DNA of 32,000 bases from Clostridia bacterium (GTDB lineage: Bacteria > Bacillota > Clostridia > TANB77 > CAG-508). The notes beneath the pieces were generated by a model. It made no database searches. It was not told where the DNA came from and was given only the letters and a program-made list of their open reading frames with translations. Shown here in pieces: positions 18,419 to 26,264 of this stretch. Location of the stretch: assembly GCA_047017005.1 (NCBI GenBank), contig JBKXSZ010000002.1, positions 10,620-42,619 on the forward strand, given 5' to 3'. Made by a program: the position numbers and the translations under genes. The first letter of the stretch is position 1. Each line of letters begins with the position of its first letter.

Positions 18419-18799
18419 TTACCTACTTATAAGAGCATACCCTAGATATCCCCAATATATCTCTGCATCTTTTCTGGTCATCTTTGTTTTCTCCAATAGT
18501 TCACTTGGTTTAAATCGAAAATCCGCATAATTATCAATTGTCTTTTCAATAAAGCTTTTCACTTTAAACGCTCTTTCTATTGATGATGTTTGATTAATAA
18601 TAGCAATTAAATTCTCTAGAATATATTCCCTCAATTCTGCTGGTGGTGTCATATCTTCATTATATTCCTCTTTCAAGTACTGATAAATCCTATCTAAATC
18701 TGATTTCTTTGCTATCATTCTCCTAATTGCTTCTTGAAAAGATATCTGGTCCTGTTCTTTTTCTTCTTCTAGTAATCTGTTGTTCCGATTATGGGTCAT
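18419..18799 (-). CDS. Hypothetical protein (126 aa)
   Basis: The ORF has a good RBS (AAAGGAGG). I recognise no motif. It contains an in-frame CGG at codon 5 (complement of 18785..18787). Confidence 0.5.
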   Translation of the reverse strand: MTHNRNNRLLEEEKEQDQISFQEAIRRMIAKKSDLDRIYQYLKEEYNEDMTPPAELREYILENLIAIINQTSSIERAFKVKSFIEKTIDNYADFRFKPSELLEKTKMTRKDAEIYWGYLGYALISR

Positions 18800-18952
18800 G
18801 GTAAGAAAACCTCCTTTCTGCTACTAGCTATTGCTCTACTACTATTTTATCATATCTTTAATGTTTTTTCTATCTTTATTGAATATTGAATCTTTTTTCT
18901 ATTTTATCAAATTCCTTAAAGCTCTTACTTTTTAGAAATTCTAAAAAAATGC

Positions 18953-18981
18953 TTGTAATTTCCAAAAATATATGCTAGAAT
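18953..18981 (+). promoter_or_regulatory. Sigma-A-type promoter of rpmB
   Basis: TTGTAA (18953..18958) is followed by a 17-nt spacer and TAGAAT (18976..18981). Confidence 0.5.
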
Positions 18982-19025
18982 AATTGATAGTCAGTCTAGA
19001 AACATATATGGGAGGTGCAAGACTA

Positions 19026-19223
19026 ATGGCAAAATGTGAAATTTGTGAAAAATCTTTAAGTCACGGAAACAAATTAAGTATAACTCGTTCACATATTAGT
19101 AAAAGAACTACTAGAACATGGAAACCAAATTTAAGAAAAGTAAAAGCTATTGTTAACGGAGAACCAAAAAGAATAACAGTATGTGCAAAATGTTTACGTG
19201 CTGGAAAAGTTAAAAGAGCTTAA
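19026..19223 (+). CDS. rpmB: 50S ribosomal protein L28
   Basis: MAKCEICEKSLSHGNKLSITRSHISKRTTRTWKPNLRKVKAIVNGEPKRITVCAKCLRAGKVKRA fits the L28 pattern. GGGAGGTG lies 8 nt upstream of ATG 19026. The track ORF starts earlier at an unlikely codon. Confidence 0.9.
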   Translation: MAKCEICEKSLSHGNKLSITRSHISKRTTRTWKPNLRKVKAIVNGEPKRITVCAKCLRAGKVKRA

Positions 19224-19248
19224 TTCTTAAAATGATAGATACATGATA

Positions 19249-19272
19249 AAGTAGGAATATCCTACTTTTTTT
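19249..19272 (+). terminator. Intrinsic terminator of rpmB
   Basis: Stem aagtagg (19249..19255) pairs with cctactt (19261..19267), followed by a T-run. Confidence 0.75.
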
Positions 19273-19281
19273 GTGTTGAAA

Positions 19282-19320
19282 AAAGGAAGTAACCAGAATT
19301 TAAAATTGGTTACTTCCTTT
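19282..19320 (-). terminator. Hairpin downstream of spoVM (possible terminator)
   Basis: A 13-bp stem aaaggaagtaacc (19282..19294) pairs with ggttacttccttt (19308..19320) around a 13-nt loop. The U-run on the minus strand is weak. Confidence 0.5.
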
Positions 19321-19331
19321 TATGTAGTAAA

Positions 19332-19406
19332 TTAATCTTTGATGCCAAATATTAATTTTACAAACCCCCTTAAAAATTTAGGAACTTTTTTTACTACCAC
19401 TGTCAT
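19332..19406 (-). CDS. spoVM: Stage V sporulation protein M (SpoVM), 24 aa, not in the ORF track
   Basis: MTVVVKKVPKFLRGFVKLIFGIKD resembles Bacillus subtilis SpoVM MKFYTIKLPKFLGGIVRAMLGSFRKD (from memory). The RBS is GGAGAGG. The gene sits next to rpmB, as in Bacillus. Confidence 0.8.
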   Translation of the reverse strand: MTVVVKKVPKFLRGFVKLIFGIKD

Positions 19407-19436
19407 CTTTATCCTCTCCTATCTTTTTCTATTCTG

Positions 19437-19587
19437 CTAGCAAGAAAGCCACGCGAAGCCAACTGCTAATATGGTTATACCTAAAGCAAATAGCCAACCT
19501 GTAATAGGAAGTAATAGAACGAGGAGAATTCCAAGTCCGAAGTCCCATCAAGCATACTCCAATTGTTTTTTTAAAAGCACAAAACAT
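19437..19587 (-). CDS. Small (49 aa) two-TM membrane peptide, read across a +1 junction at CGG; not in the ORF track
   Basis: The RBS AAGGGAGG lies 9 nt before ATG 19587. The 0 frame reads MFCAFKKTIGVCLMGL then CGG (complement of 19537..19539) and continues as non-protein-like RTWNSPRSITSYYRLAICFRYNHISSW.... Skipping the C gives GLGILLVLLLPITGWLFALGITILAVGFAWLSC*, a clean hydrophobic hairpin. Confidence 0.6.
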
Positions 19588-19790
19588 AATCTATTACCTC
19601 CCTTTAATATATAGTATGTAAATCTTTAAAAAAAGTGACTCTGTCTTTATTTATTCTTCGTCTTTTCTTTTGATCTTCTTTTTTATTTCATTGTTCTTTT
19701 CTTTATTTTATGCTATGATAAAATTATAGTTATAAAATAAAGAGTAAAATTTATATACCAAATTGAAAATATCAGAAAGGAACACAAACT

Positions 19791-20445
19791 ATGAAAAAAA
19801 GCGAAGTAATTTCATTAATTGAAGATTTAAAAAGAATATATCCAGATGCGAAATGTAGTCTTGATTTCACTACTCCTTTTGAAATGTTGATTGCTGTAAT
19901 CTTATCCGCTCAATGTACAGATGAAAGAGTAAATAAAATAACTCCTAACATTTTTTCTAAATACCATACACCAAAAGACTTTGTAAAAATGGATATATCA
20001 ACTTTAGAAGATTTAATTCATCCTTGTGGTTTCTATAAAAACAAGGCTAAGAATATTAAGAAAACAGCAGAAATTTTAGTAAATCAATATCGTCGGAGAA
20101 GTTCCCCATACAATGGAAGAACTAATGTCTCTTCCTGGAGTAGGTAGAAAAACAGCTAATGTTGTAATGTTAGAAGCTTTTAATATGCCTCAAGGAATTG
20201 CAGTTGATACACATTGTAAGAGAATTGCAAATCGTATTGGTCTTTCCAAAGAAATAGAACCAGAAAAAGTAGAAAAGGATTTATTAAAACAAATTCCTAA
20301 AGAATACTACAAAGATATAAACCATATTCTTATTTGGCATGGACGAAATATTTGTACAGCTCGAAATCCAAAATGTGAAACTTGCCCTGTTCGTAAATAT
20401 TGTAAAAATCCAGTAATTTTAAAGCCTGATAAGAAAGTAGTATAA
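19791..20445 (+). CDS. nth: Endonuclease III (Nth), split by a +1 junction at CGG
   Basis: The N part reads ...FEMLIAVILSAQCTDERVNKITP...GFYKNKAKNIKK. The C part has HhH-GPD LPGVGRKTANVV and the 4Fe-4S cluster CTARNPKCETCPVRKYC. The junction reads CAA TAT CGT CGG AGA (CGG 20094..20096). Skipping the C gives LVNQYR-GEVPHTMEELMSLPGVGRK, which matches the usual ...Y-x-GEVP spacing. Confidence 0.85.
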
Positions 20446-20489
20446 AATTTCTTAAATCTTACATACTACTTATATAAGAGGTGATTATT

Positions 20490-20627
20490 TTGACAAACAT
20501 TAATTGTTCAGCAAATTGTGTTTATCAAAAAGATGGTAAATGTTCTTTAGAACAGATAGCCTCTCAAAAAGTAACACTTAATAACGAATGTGCTTACTTT
20601 TTAGAACGCAAAGAAGAAGAGAAATAG
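20490..20627 (+). CDS. Small Cys-rich protein (45 aa), unannotated
   Basis: TTG 20490 is preceded by AAGAGGTG. The product is MTNINCSANCVYQKDGKCSLEQIASQKVTLNNECAYFLERKEEEK, with four Cys in two CxxxC-like/CS pairs. It resembles small Cys-rich proteins of Clostridia (DUF1540-like, from memory). Confidence 0.45.
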   Translation: MTNINCSANCVYQKDGKCSLEQIASQKVTLNNECAYFLERKEEEK

Positions 20628-20753
20628 TTTTTTCGCTTCTTCTTTTATTTTTTATAGTATTATATATTTATTCCCTTCTCCCTCTTCTTTTAAATTGACA
20701 AAGACTTTACTTTGATATATAGTTATTTTAATAAAATCTATATTAGGAGGGTA

Positions 20754-22091
20754 ATGATGAAACAAAAAACGAAAAAAATTGTAGCCACTATCCTAACTAT
20801 TTTCATGTTATTAGGAATATATAGTTTCGCATATGCTACAGACAATACAGAAACAAATGCATCACAACAACAAAATAGTGCTGAAAATCTTTTACAAATG
20901 CAAATTAATGAAGGAGATAAATTCGTTACTGGCAATAATGTTACAGTAGATGAATTGATTGATGGTAATGTATTTGTATTTGCTAATGAAGTTACACTAA
21001 AAAGGGAAATTGCCGGAGATGTTTTTATATTTGCAAATAAAGTTAATATCGAAACTGATTTAATTTACAAAAATGTATATATTTGTGGAAATAATGTTAC
21101 AGTAAATGGTGGTATTTCTGGGGATTTATATGTATGTGCCAACACCTTTGTTCTTGGCAGTGAAGGATTTGTTTATCGTGATTTAAACGCTTTTACGCAA
21201 TCCACTCAAATTCTTGGAACTGTTAGAAGAAATGTATATTTATCTACTGCTAATCTTTCTTTTAGCAATAATAATGCACACGGTGCTATCTATGGAAATC
21301 TAACCTATACTGCAAATAAGCAAGTCCAAATTCCAGAAGATACCGTACTTGGAAATGTTTCTTTTGAACAAGCAAAAACAATCACAGCAAGTATTGTACC
21401 TTCCCTTATTTCTGCATTAGTATTTGTACTTATTATCTGGGCACTTACCTTATTAGTAGCACCTAAATTCACAAAAGCTTCTGGTATTTTAGTTAGCCAA
21501 AAGTTTTTACCAACTATCGGAGTTGGACTTTTAACTTGTATTGGAATTCCAGCTTTATGCCTTCTATTCCTTATGATTCCATATTTACAAGGTATTAGCT
21601 TAACTATTTTAACAGTGTTTATATTAGCAATTTGTTTATCTTTTGCTATTACCTGTATTGCTTTTGCAAACTATATTGCAAGTAAATTTAAAACATTAAC
21701 TTGGTATAAAACATTACTAATGGTAGCAGTACTTGTAGTTGTTCTTGTACTTTTAAAACAAATTCCATTCTTCGGTATATTTATTGAATTCGCTTGTGTT
21801 GTTATTGGTTTAGGTACTATGGTTATGAATCTTTTCTATGGTAGAGGAAAACAAAAAGAAAAAGTTTCTAAAGAAGAGAATGTAGCACCCAAAAAAGTAA
21901 TAAAAGAAAAAGAAAAAGAAGAAGATAAGAAAACAGCAGAAGCTAAAAAAATAGAAGCTCCCAAAAAAGAACCAAAAGAAGAATCAAGGAAACCTACTAC
22001 GAAAAGGACAGATACCAAAAAAACTACAAACACCACTTCTTCAAAGAAAGCTGCTTCAAAAGGCACACAAAAAACAGATGATAAAAAATAG
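20754..22091 (+). CDS. Membrane protein with signal peptide, beta-helix (bactofilin/polymer-forming-like) repeats, multi-TM block and Lys-rich tail
   Basis: I prefer the start at ATG 20754, after AGGAGGG. About 20-aa periodic repeats are present (GNVFVFANEVTL, GDVFIFANKVNI, KNVYICGNNVTV, GDLYVCANTFVL, ...). These are followed by about 5 TM helices and a KKE/T-rich low-complexity C-terminus. Confidence 0.55.
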   Translation: MMKQKTKKIVATILTIFMLLGIYSFAYATDNTETNASQQQNSAENLLQMQINEGDKFVTGNNVTVDELIDGNVFVFANEVTLKREIAGDVFIFANKVNIETDLIYKNVYICGNNVTVNGGISGDLYVCANTFVLGSEGFVYRDLNAFTQSTQILGTVRRNVYLSTANLSFSNNNAHGAIYGNLTYTANKQVQIPEDTVLGNVSFEQAKTITASIVPSLISALVFVLIIWALTLLVAPKFTKASGILVSQKFLPTIGVGLLTCIGIPALCLLFLMIPYLQGISLTILTVFILAICLSFAITCIAFANYIASKFKTLTWYKTLLMVAVLVVVLVLLKQIPFFGIFIEFACVVIGLGTMVMNLFYGRGKQKEKVSKEENVAPKKVIKEKEKEEDKKTAEAKKIEAPKKEPKEESRKPTTKRTDTKKTTNTTSSKKAASKGTQKTDDKK

Positions 22092-22113
22092 AATAAAGTA
22101 AAAATAAAGTATC

Positions 22114-22144
22114 AAAAGAACGGTAAATACTTACCGTTCTTTTC
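22114..22144. terminator. Bidirectional intrinsic terminator between convergent genes
   Basis: Stem agaacggtaa (22117..22126) pairs with ttaccgttct (22131..22140). A-runs and T-runs flank it. Confidence 0.85.
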
Positions 22145-22173
22145 ACTTAACTTCTTTACTATTTTATGTTATT

Positions 22174-22833
22174 TTATTCTTTTAACTGTTTAATTGTTTT
22201 TTCATAATCTTTCGAATGAAGGATTGCAGTTCCTGCTACTAAGATATCTGCACCTGCTGCTTTTAAAATAGATGCATTTTCTACATTAATTCCTCCATCT
22301 ACTTCAATGTCTACTTCTAATTTATTTTCTTCAATAAATTCTCTTAGCTTTCTTATTTTTTCTATCGTATCTGGAATTAAAGTTTGTCCACCTTTTCCAG
22401 GTTCAACAGTCATCACTAATACCATGTGAATATATGGTAAATATGGGTATATTTCTTCTATTTTAGTATCTGGCTTTATGGAAAGCCCTACTTTACTGCC
22501 ACCTTCTTTTATTAGTTTAATGTATTCCATTGTCTTTTCTCGTGTCTTAGTTGCTTCTATATGAAATGTAATACTATTAGGCTCTATTGTTTGATAATCA
22601 TATATATATTCTTCTACTTCTTCAACCATTAAATGTATATCTAATGGAGTTTGAATAATACCATTTAATGTAACGGCATATTGAAACATATCTTCAGTGG
22701 TATCTTTCTTTACAAATTTTCCATCCATTACATCAATATGAAAATAGTCTGTGTGTGCTACTTCTAAGTTATAGAAAGTTTGCATTGATTTTTCTTTTTC
22801 TACATTTAAAATAGATGTGGATACTTCTACCAT
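22174..22833 (-). CDS. rpe: Ribulose-phosphate 3-epimerase
   Basis: STSILNVE..., HIDVMDGKFV, the MTVEPGKGGQ-type motif and VDGGIN are present. The gene holds the conserved position after rsgA. Confidence 0.9.
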   Translation of the reverse strand: MVEVSTSILNVEKEKSMQTFYNLEVAHTDYFHIDVMDGKFVKKDTTEDMFQYAVTLNGIIQTPLDIHLMVEEVEEYIYDYQTIEPNSITFHIEATKTREKTMEYIKLIKEGGSKVGLSIKPDTKIEEIYPYLPYIHMVLVMTVEPGKGGQTLIPDTIEKIRKLREFIEENKLEVDIEVDGGINVENASILKAAGADILVAGTAILHSKDYEKTIKQLKE

Positions 22834-23727
22834 TGGTGAGCCTCTCTTTCTTTTAAATCTTCATATATTTTTTGATATCTTTCATATCTTTCTTTTGCAA
22901 TTTTTCCTTCTTCTACTGCTTCTTTTATGCCACACTTTCTTTCTTTTATATGTTGACATCCTATAAATTCACAATTTGAAATATAGGGAGTAAAGTCGAT
23001 ATAATATTGTGCTAATTCATCCGATGGAATTTCATAAATATCAAAAGTAGAAAATCCAGGAGTGTCTGCTATATATGTATCTTCTTCCAATTCATATAAT
23101 TGAATTGCTGTCGTGGTATTTTTCCCTCTTTTAATTTTCTGACTTACCTTTCCTTCCTCGGTTATATTTCTTCCAAACAACCCATTAATTAAGGTAGATT
23201 TTCCGTACTCCTGAGTTGCCGGAAAAAGCACTGATATTTCCTTTTAAATATCTTTTTAGTTTCTCTATTCCTTCTCCTGTTTTCGCATTTGTTTGAATAA
23301 CAGGATATCCAATTTTTTCGTATAGTTTTTTAATTTTATCAACTCTTTTATCCTTATCTAAATCTATCTTATTTATTACAATGACAGGCTCTAAGTGTAG
23401 ATATTCTGCAAAAACTAATTGTTTATCCAGTAACCATAAATCTGGTTTTGGCATTTCTGTAGAAAGAACAAATATTAATTTCTGACAATTGGCAAGTTTG
23501 GGTCTTTTAATAAAAGTAGTTCTATTTTCTATTTCTTCGATTACTGCTATTTTCTTTTCTATATCCGCTATTTCTATTTTTACCCTATCTCCTACTACTG
23601 GAGAAATATCTTGTTTTTTAAACTTTCCTCTTGCGTTACATGCATAATCTATTTTTTTATCATTTTCTTTTACTTGTACCATATATTGATTGGCTATATT
23701 TCCAATAATAAATCCTTCTTTTCGCAT
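22827..23727 (-). CDS. rsgA: Ribosome small-subunit biogenesis GTPase RsgA, split by a +1 junction at CGG in the P-loop
   Basis: The N part 23185..23727 has the OB fold and circularly permuted GTPase motifs (VINKIDL). The junction reads GGA GTA CGG AAA ATC (CGG is the complement of 23203..23205). Skipping the C gives FSGNSGV-GKSTLINGLFG, a canonical P-loop. The C part has the zinc-finger Cys cluster (CEFIGCQHIKERKC). Confidence 0.85.
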
Positions 23728-23738
23728 GTATCCTCCTC

Positions 23739-24086
23739 TTATCTTTCTTCTAATTCCTCTTCCTGTGTTTTTAAATTTTTTCCAATTTCTTGTTTTTCTT
23801 CCTTAGATATAGTCATTAAATTTTCTCCGGCTTCTACTTTGACACTTTCTACTAATTGCTTATCGTGTGCTAACAGTTCTGCCATACGTACTTTGGCTGT
23901 TTGTGCGCTAGCCCCAGCTTCCAACATTAAAGTTTGTTTTCCCAATAGTTTTTTTAATTTATTAATAAAAACTTGTCTCTTTTCGTACACTTCTGTTAAC
24001 TTCGTTTGAATTTTCTCTACTATGGTTACATGATTTTCTTCTACTTCTTCTGTTTGCATATTCTTTTGTATTTCTATTTCTTTCAT
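23739..24086 (-). CDS. Hypothetical coiled-coil protein (115 aa) between prkC and rsgA
   Basis: The RBS is GGAG, 7 nt upstream. The sequence is Glu/Lys-rich and helical. Its stop overlaps the rsgA RBS. Confidence 0.45.
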   Translation of the reverse strand: MKEIEIQKNMQTEEVEENHVTIVEKIQTKLTEVYEKRQVFINKLKKLLGKQTLMLEAGASAQTAKVRMAELLAHDKQLVESVKVEAGENLMTISKEEKQEIGKNLKTQEEELEER

Positions 24087-24123
24087 TTTCTTCTCCTATT
24101 TTTCCCTTTTACTCTAAATAGCA

Positions 24124-24151
24124 AAACGGCTATTTAGCACAATAGCCGTTT
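24124..24151 (-). terminator. Hairpin after prkC (possible attenuating terminator)
   Basis: An 11-bp stem aaacggctatt (24124..24134) pairs with aatagccgttt (24141..24151). On the minus strand it is followed by a U-rich tract (UUUUGCUAUUU). Confidence 0.6.
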
Positions 24152-24195
24152 CCTGTCTATGTGTATTATTTATTCTTCTTTACTATTTCTATTTC

Positions 24196-26184
24196 TTATC
24201 CAAAAGTATATGAGGTATCAGAATTTAGGTTCATCACATGACTTTCGCTCCAGCTTCCTCCTGCATTATCTGTAATTTCAACTTTTACCGTTACTTGACC
24301 TACTCCTGTAATTTGTCCTGATGTTGTTCCATTTTTATCAACATCTGACCTACTAAATCCAGAACCGCTTCCGGATTCTATGCTTACTACAACTTTTGCT
24401 TTCTTTTTACTATCTTCTATCGTCTCGTCTTCTTTATCATATCCACCTGTTATTTTCTTTAAGTTAATAGTAATATTTGCTGTTTTATTTTGTGATACTT
24501 TATTTACCGTGATTACTACAGTCGTTCCTTCTGCTACTGATTTTCCTGCATCAATACTCTGTTTTAATACAATTCCATCCTCTTTTGTCGTATCTTCTTC
24601 ATAAGCAACATCCACTTTTAAATTAGCAGAAGATAGTGCTTTTTTAGCATCCGCTTCAGACTTTCCAGTTAATCCTGGTACTTGTGTTTCTTTGATTCCT
24701 GTTCCACTACTTACTGTAATAGTAATTGTTGTTCCTGAAGGTGTTTGGGTATTGGCATCAATATCTTGTTTAATAACAACTCCTTCTTCTACTGTTTTGC
24801 TGGTCTCTTCTTTGGTCTCTACAACTAATCCTAATTTTGTTAAAGTATCATATGCTTCCTCTTTTTTCATTCCAACTACTTTAGGAACCATAATACTTTC
24901 TTGTCCCTTACTAATTACTACTTTTATGGTACTCTTTTCCTTTATTTTAAAGTTTTCGATATAGGTTGGGTCTTGTGATATAACATAACCTGCTGGGACA
25001 TCATTGCTGAATTCTTCGCTTTGTACTTCTAGTTTTAATTTTAAGTCTTTTGCTTGTTTTTCTGCCTCCTCTTTTGAGACTCCCACTAAATTAGGTATTT
25101 GTACATCTTTTACTGTTGTTAAGTTTAATACAAGTGCAGTGATTCCAATTGTTAAAGCAAGTAAAGCAACTGCTCCAATAAACATAGATAATGTTTTATG
25201 CTCTTTAATAAATTTCTTTAATTTACTTTGCTTTTTATTATTTTTCTTTCCTCTATTTTCTGGGTCTTTTTCTTCAATATCTGCGTCATACAGACTTGGA
25301 ATTTTTTGTGTTGGAAAATCATTTTCTTCATTTGGGATAACTACAAAATTCCCATCTGGGTCTTTTAATGCTCTACTTAAATCTCTTAACATTTCGCTTG
25401 CACTTCCATAACGTAAACTAATGTCTTTTTGCATTGCTTTCATAATAATTTGGTTTACGGCTTTGGGTATGTTTGGATTTATTTCAATCGGTTCAACTGG
25501 TTTCTCTTGCATATGTTTTAATGCCACAGATACTGGAGTATCTGCATCAAATGGTACTTTTCCAGTTACCATCTCATACATAACAACTCCTAGTGAATAC
25601 AAATCCGATTTTGCATCTGTATAACCACCTCTTGCATGTTCTGGTGAAAAATAGTGAACAGAACCTATTGTTGTTCCAAAAGCTGTTATGGTAGAATTAG
25701 ATACAGCTTTTGCTATTCCGAAATCGGTTACTTTCGCTATCCCATCTTCTGTAATAATAATGTTATGTGGCTTTATATCACGGTGGATAATTCCATGTTT
25801 ATGAGCTGCTTCTAATGCAGATGCTACTTGAATTGCTACATTAACAGACCATTTCCAAGAAAGTGCTCCATCTTCTACAATAATTTGTTTTAGCGTTTTT
25901 CCTTGTACCAATTCCATTACGATATAGTAAAGATGTCCATCTTCTACTCCTACATCATAAACAGATACAATATTAGGATGTGTTAAACTTGCTGCTGACT
26001 GTGCTTCTGTATTAAATCTTTTAATAAATTCTTCGTCTGTTGTAAATTCATCTCTTAAAATCTTAACGGCTACAAATCGATTTAACACTTTATCTTGTGC
26101 TTTATATACGGTTGCCATTCCCCCATTTCCTACTTTTTGTAGGATTTCATATCGATTTCCTAATAGTCTACCTTCTAAATTCAT
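24196..26184 (-). CDS. prkC: Ser/Thr protein kinase with PASTA repeats (PrkC/PknB type)
   Basis: The Hanks kinase motifs are present: GNGGMATVYKA, VAVK, HRDIKPHN, DFGIA and SPE. These are followed by one TM segment, three PASTA-like repeats and a C-terminal beta-rich domain. I prefer ATG 26184 (MNLEGRLLGNRYE), after AAGGGAGAG. Confidence 0.9.
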   Translation of the reverse strand: MNLEGRLLGNRYEILQKVGNGGMATVYKAQDKVLNRFVAVKILRDEFTTDEEFIKRFNTEAQSAASLTHPNIVSVYDVGVEDGHLYYIVMELVQGKTLKQIIVEDGALSWKWSVNVAIQVASALEAAHKHGIIHRDIKPHNIIITEDGIAKVTDFGIAKAVSNSTITAFGTTIGSVHYFSPEHARGGYTDAKSDLYSLGVVMYEMVTGKVPFDADTPVSVALKHMQEKPVEPIEINPNIPKAVNQIIMKAMQKDISLRYGSASEMLRDLSRALKDPDGNFVVIPNEENDFPTQKIPSLYDADIEEKDPENRGKKNNKKQSKLKKFIKEHKTLSMFIGAVALLALTIGITALVLNLTTVKDVQIPNLVGVSKEEAEKQAKDLKLKLEVQSEEFSNDVPAGYVISQDPTYIENFKIKEKSTIKVVISKGQESIMVPKVVGMKKEEAYDTLTKLGLVVETKEETSKTVEEGVVIKQDIDANTQTPSGTTITITVSSGTGIKETQVPGLTGKSEADAKKALSSANLKVDVAYEEDTTKEDGIVLKQSIDAGKSVAEGTTVVITVNKVSQNKTANITINLKKITGGYDKEDETIEDSKKKAKVVVSIESGSGSGFSRSDVDKNGTTSGQITGVGQVTVKVEITDNAGGSWSESHVMNLNSDTSYTFG

Positions 26185-26264
26185 ATTTATCTCTCCCTTA
26201 AACATCTATGTTTTTCATTTGCTTTTTTGCAAAATTAGGTAATTTTCTCTCTACTTTTTTCTTT

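Noticed and set aside
24380-25624. Several plus-strand ORFs inside prkC (24380..24604, 24692..24964, 25004..25411, 25421..25624)
   Set aside because: They are antisense to a kinase gene with unmistakable motifs, and they have no independent support.
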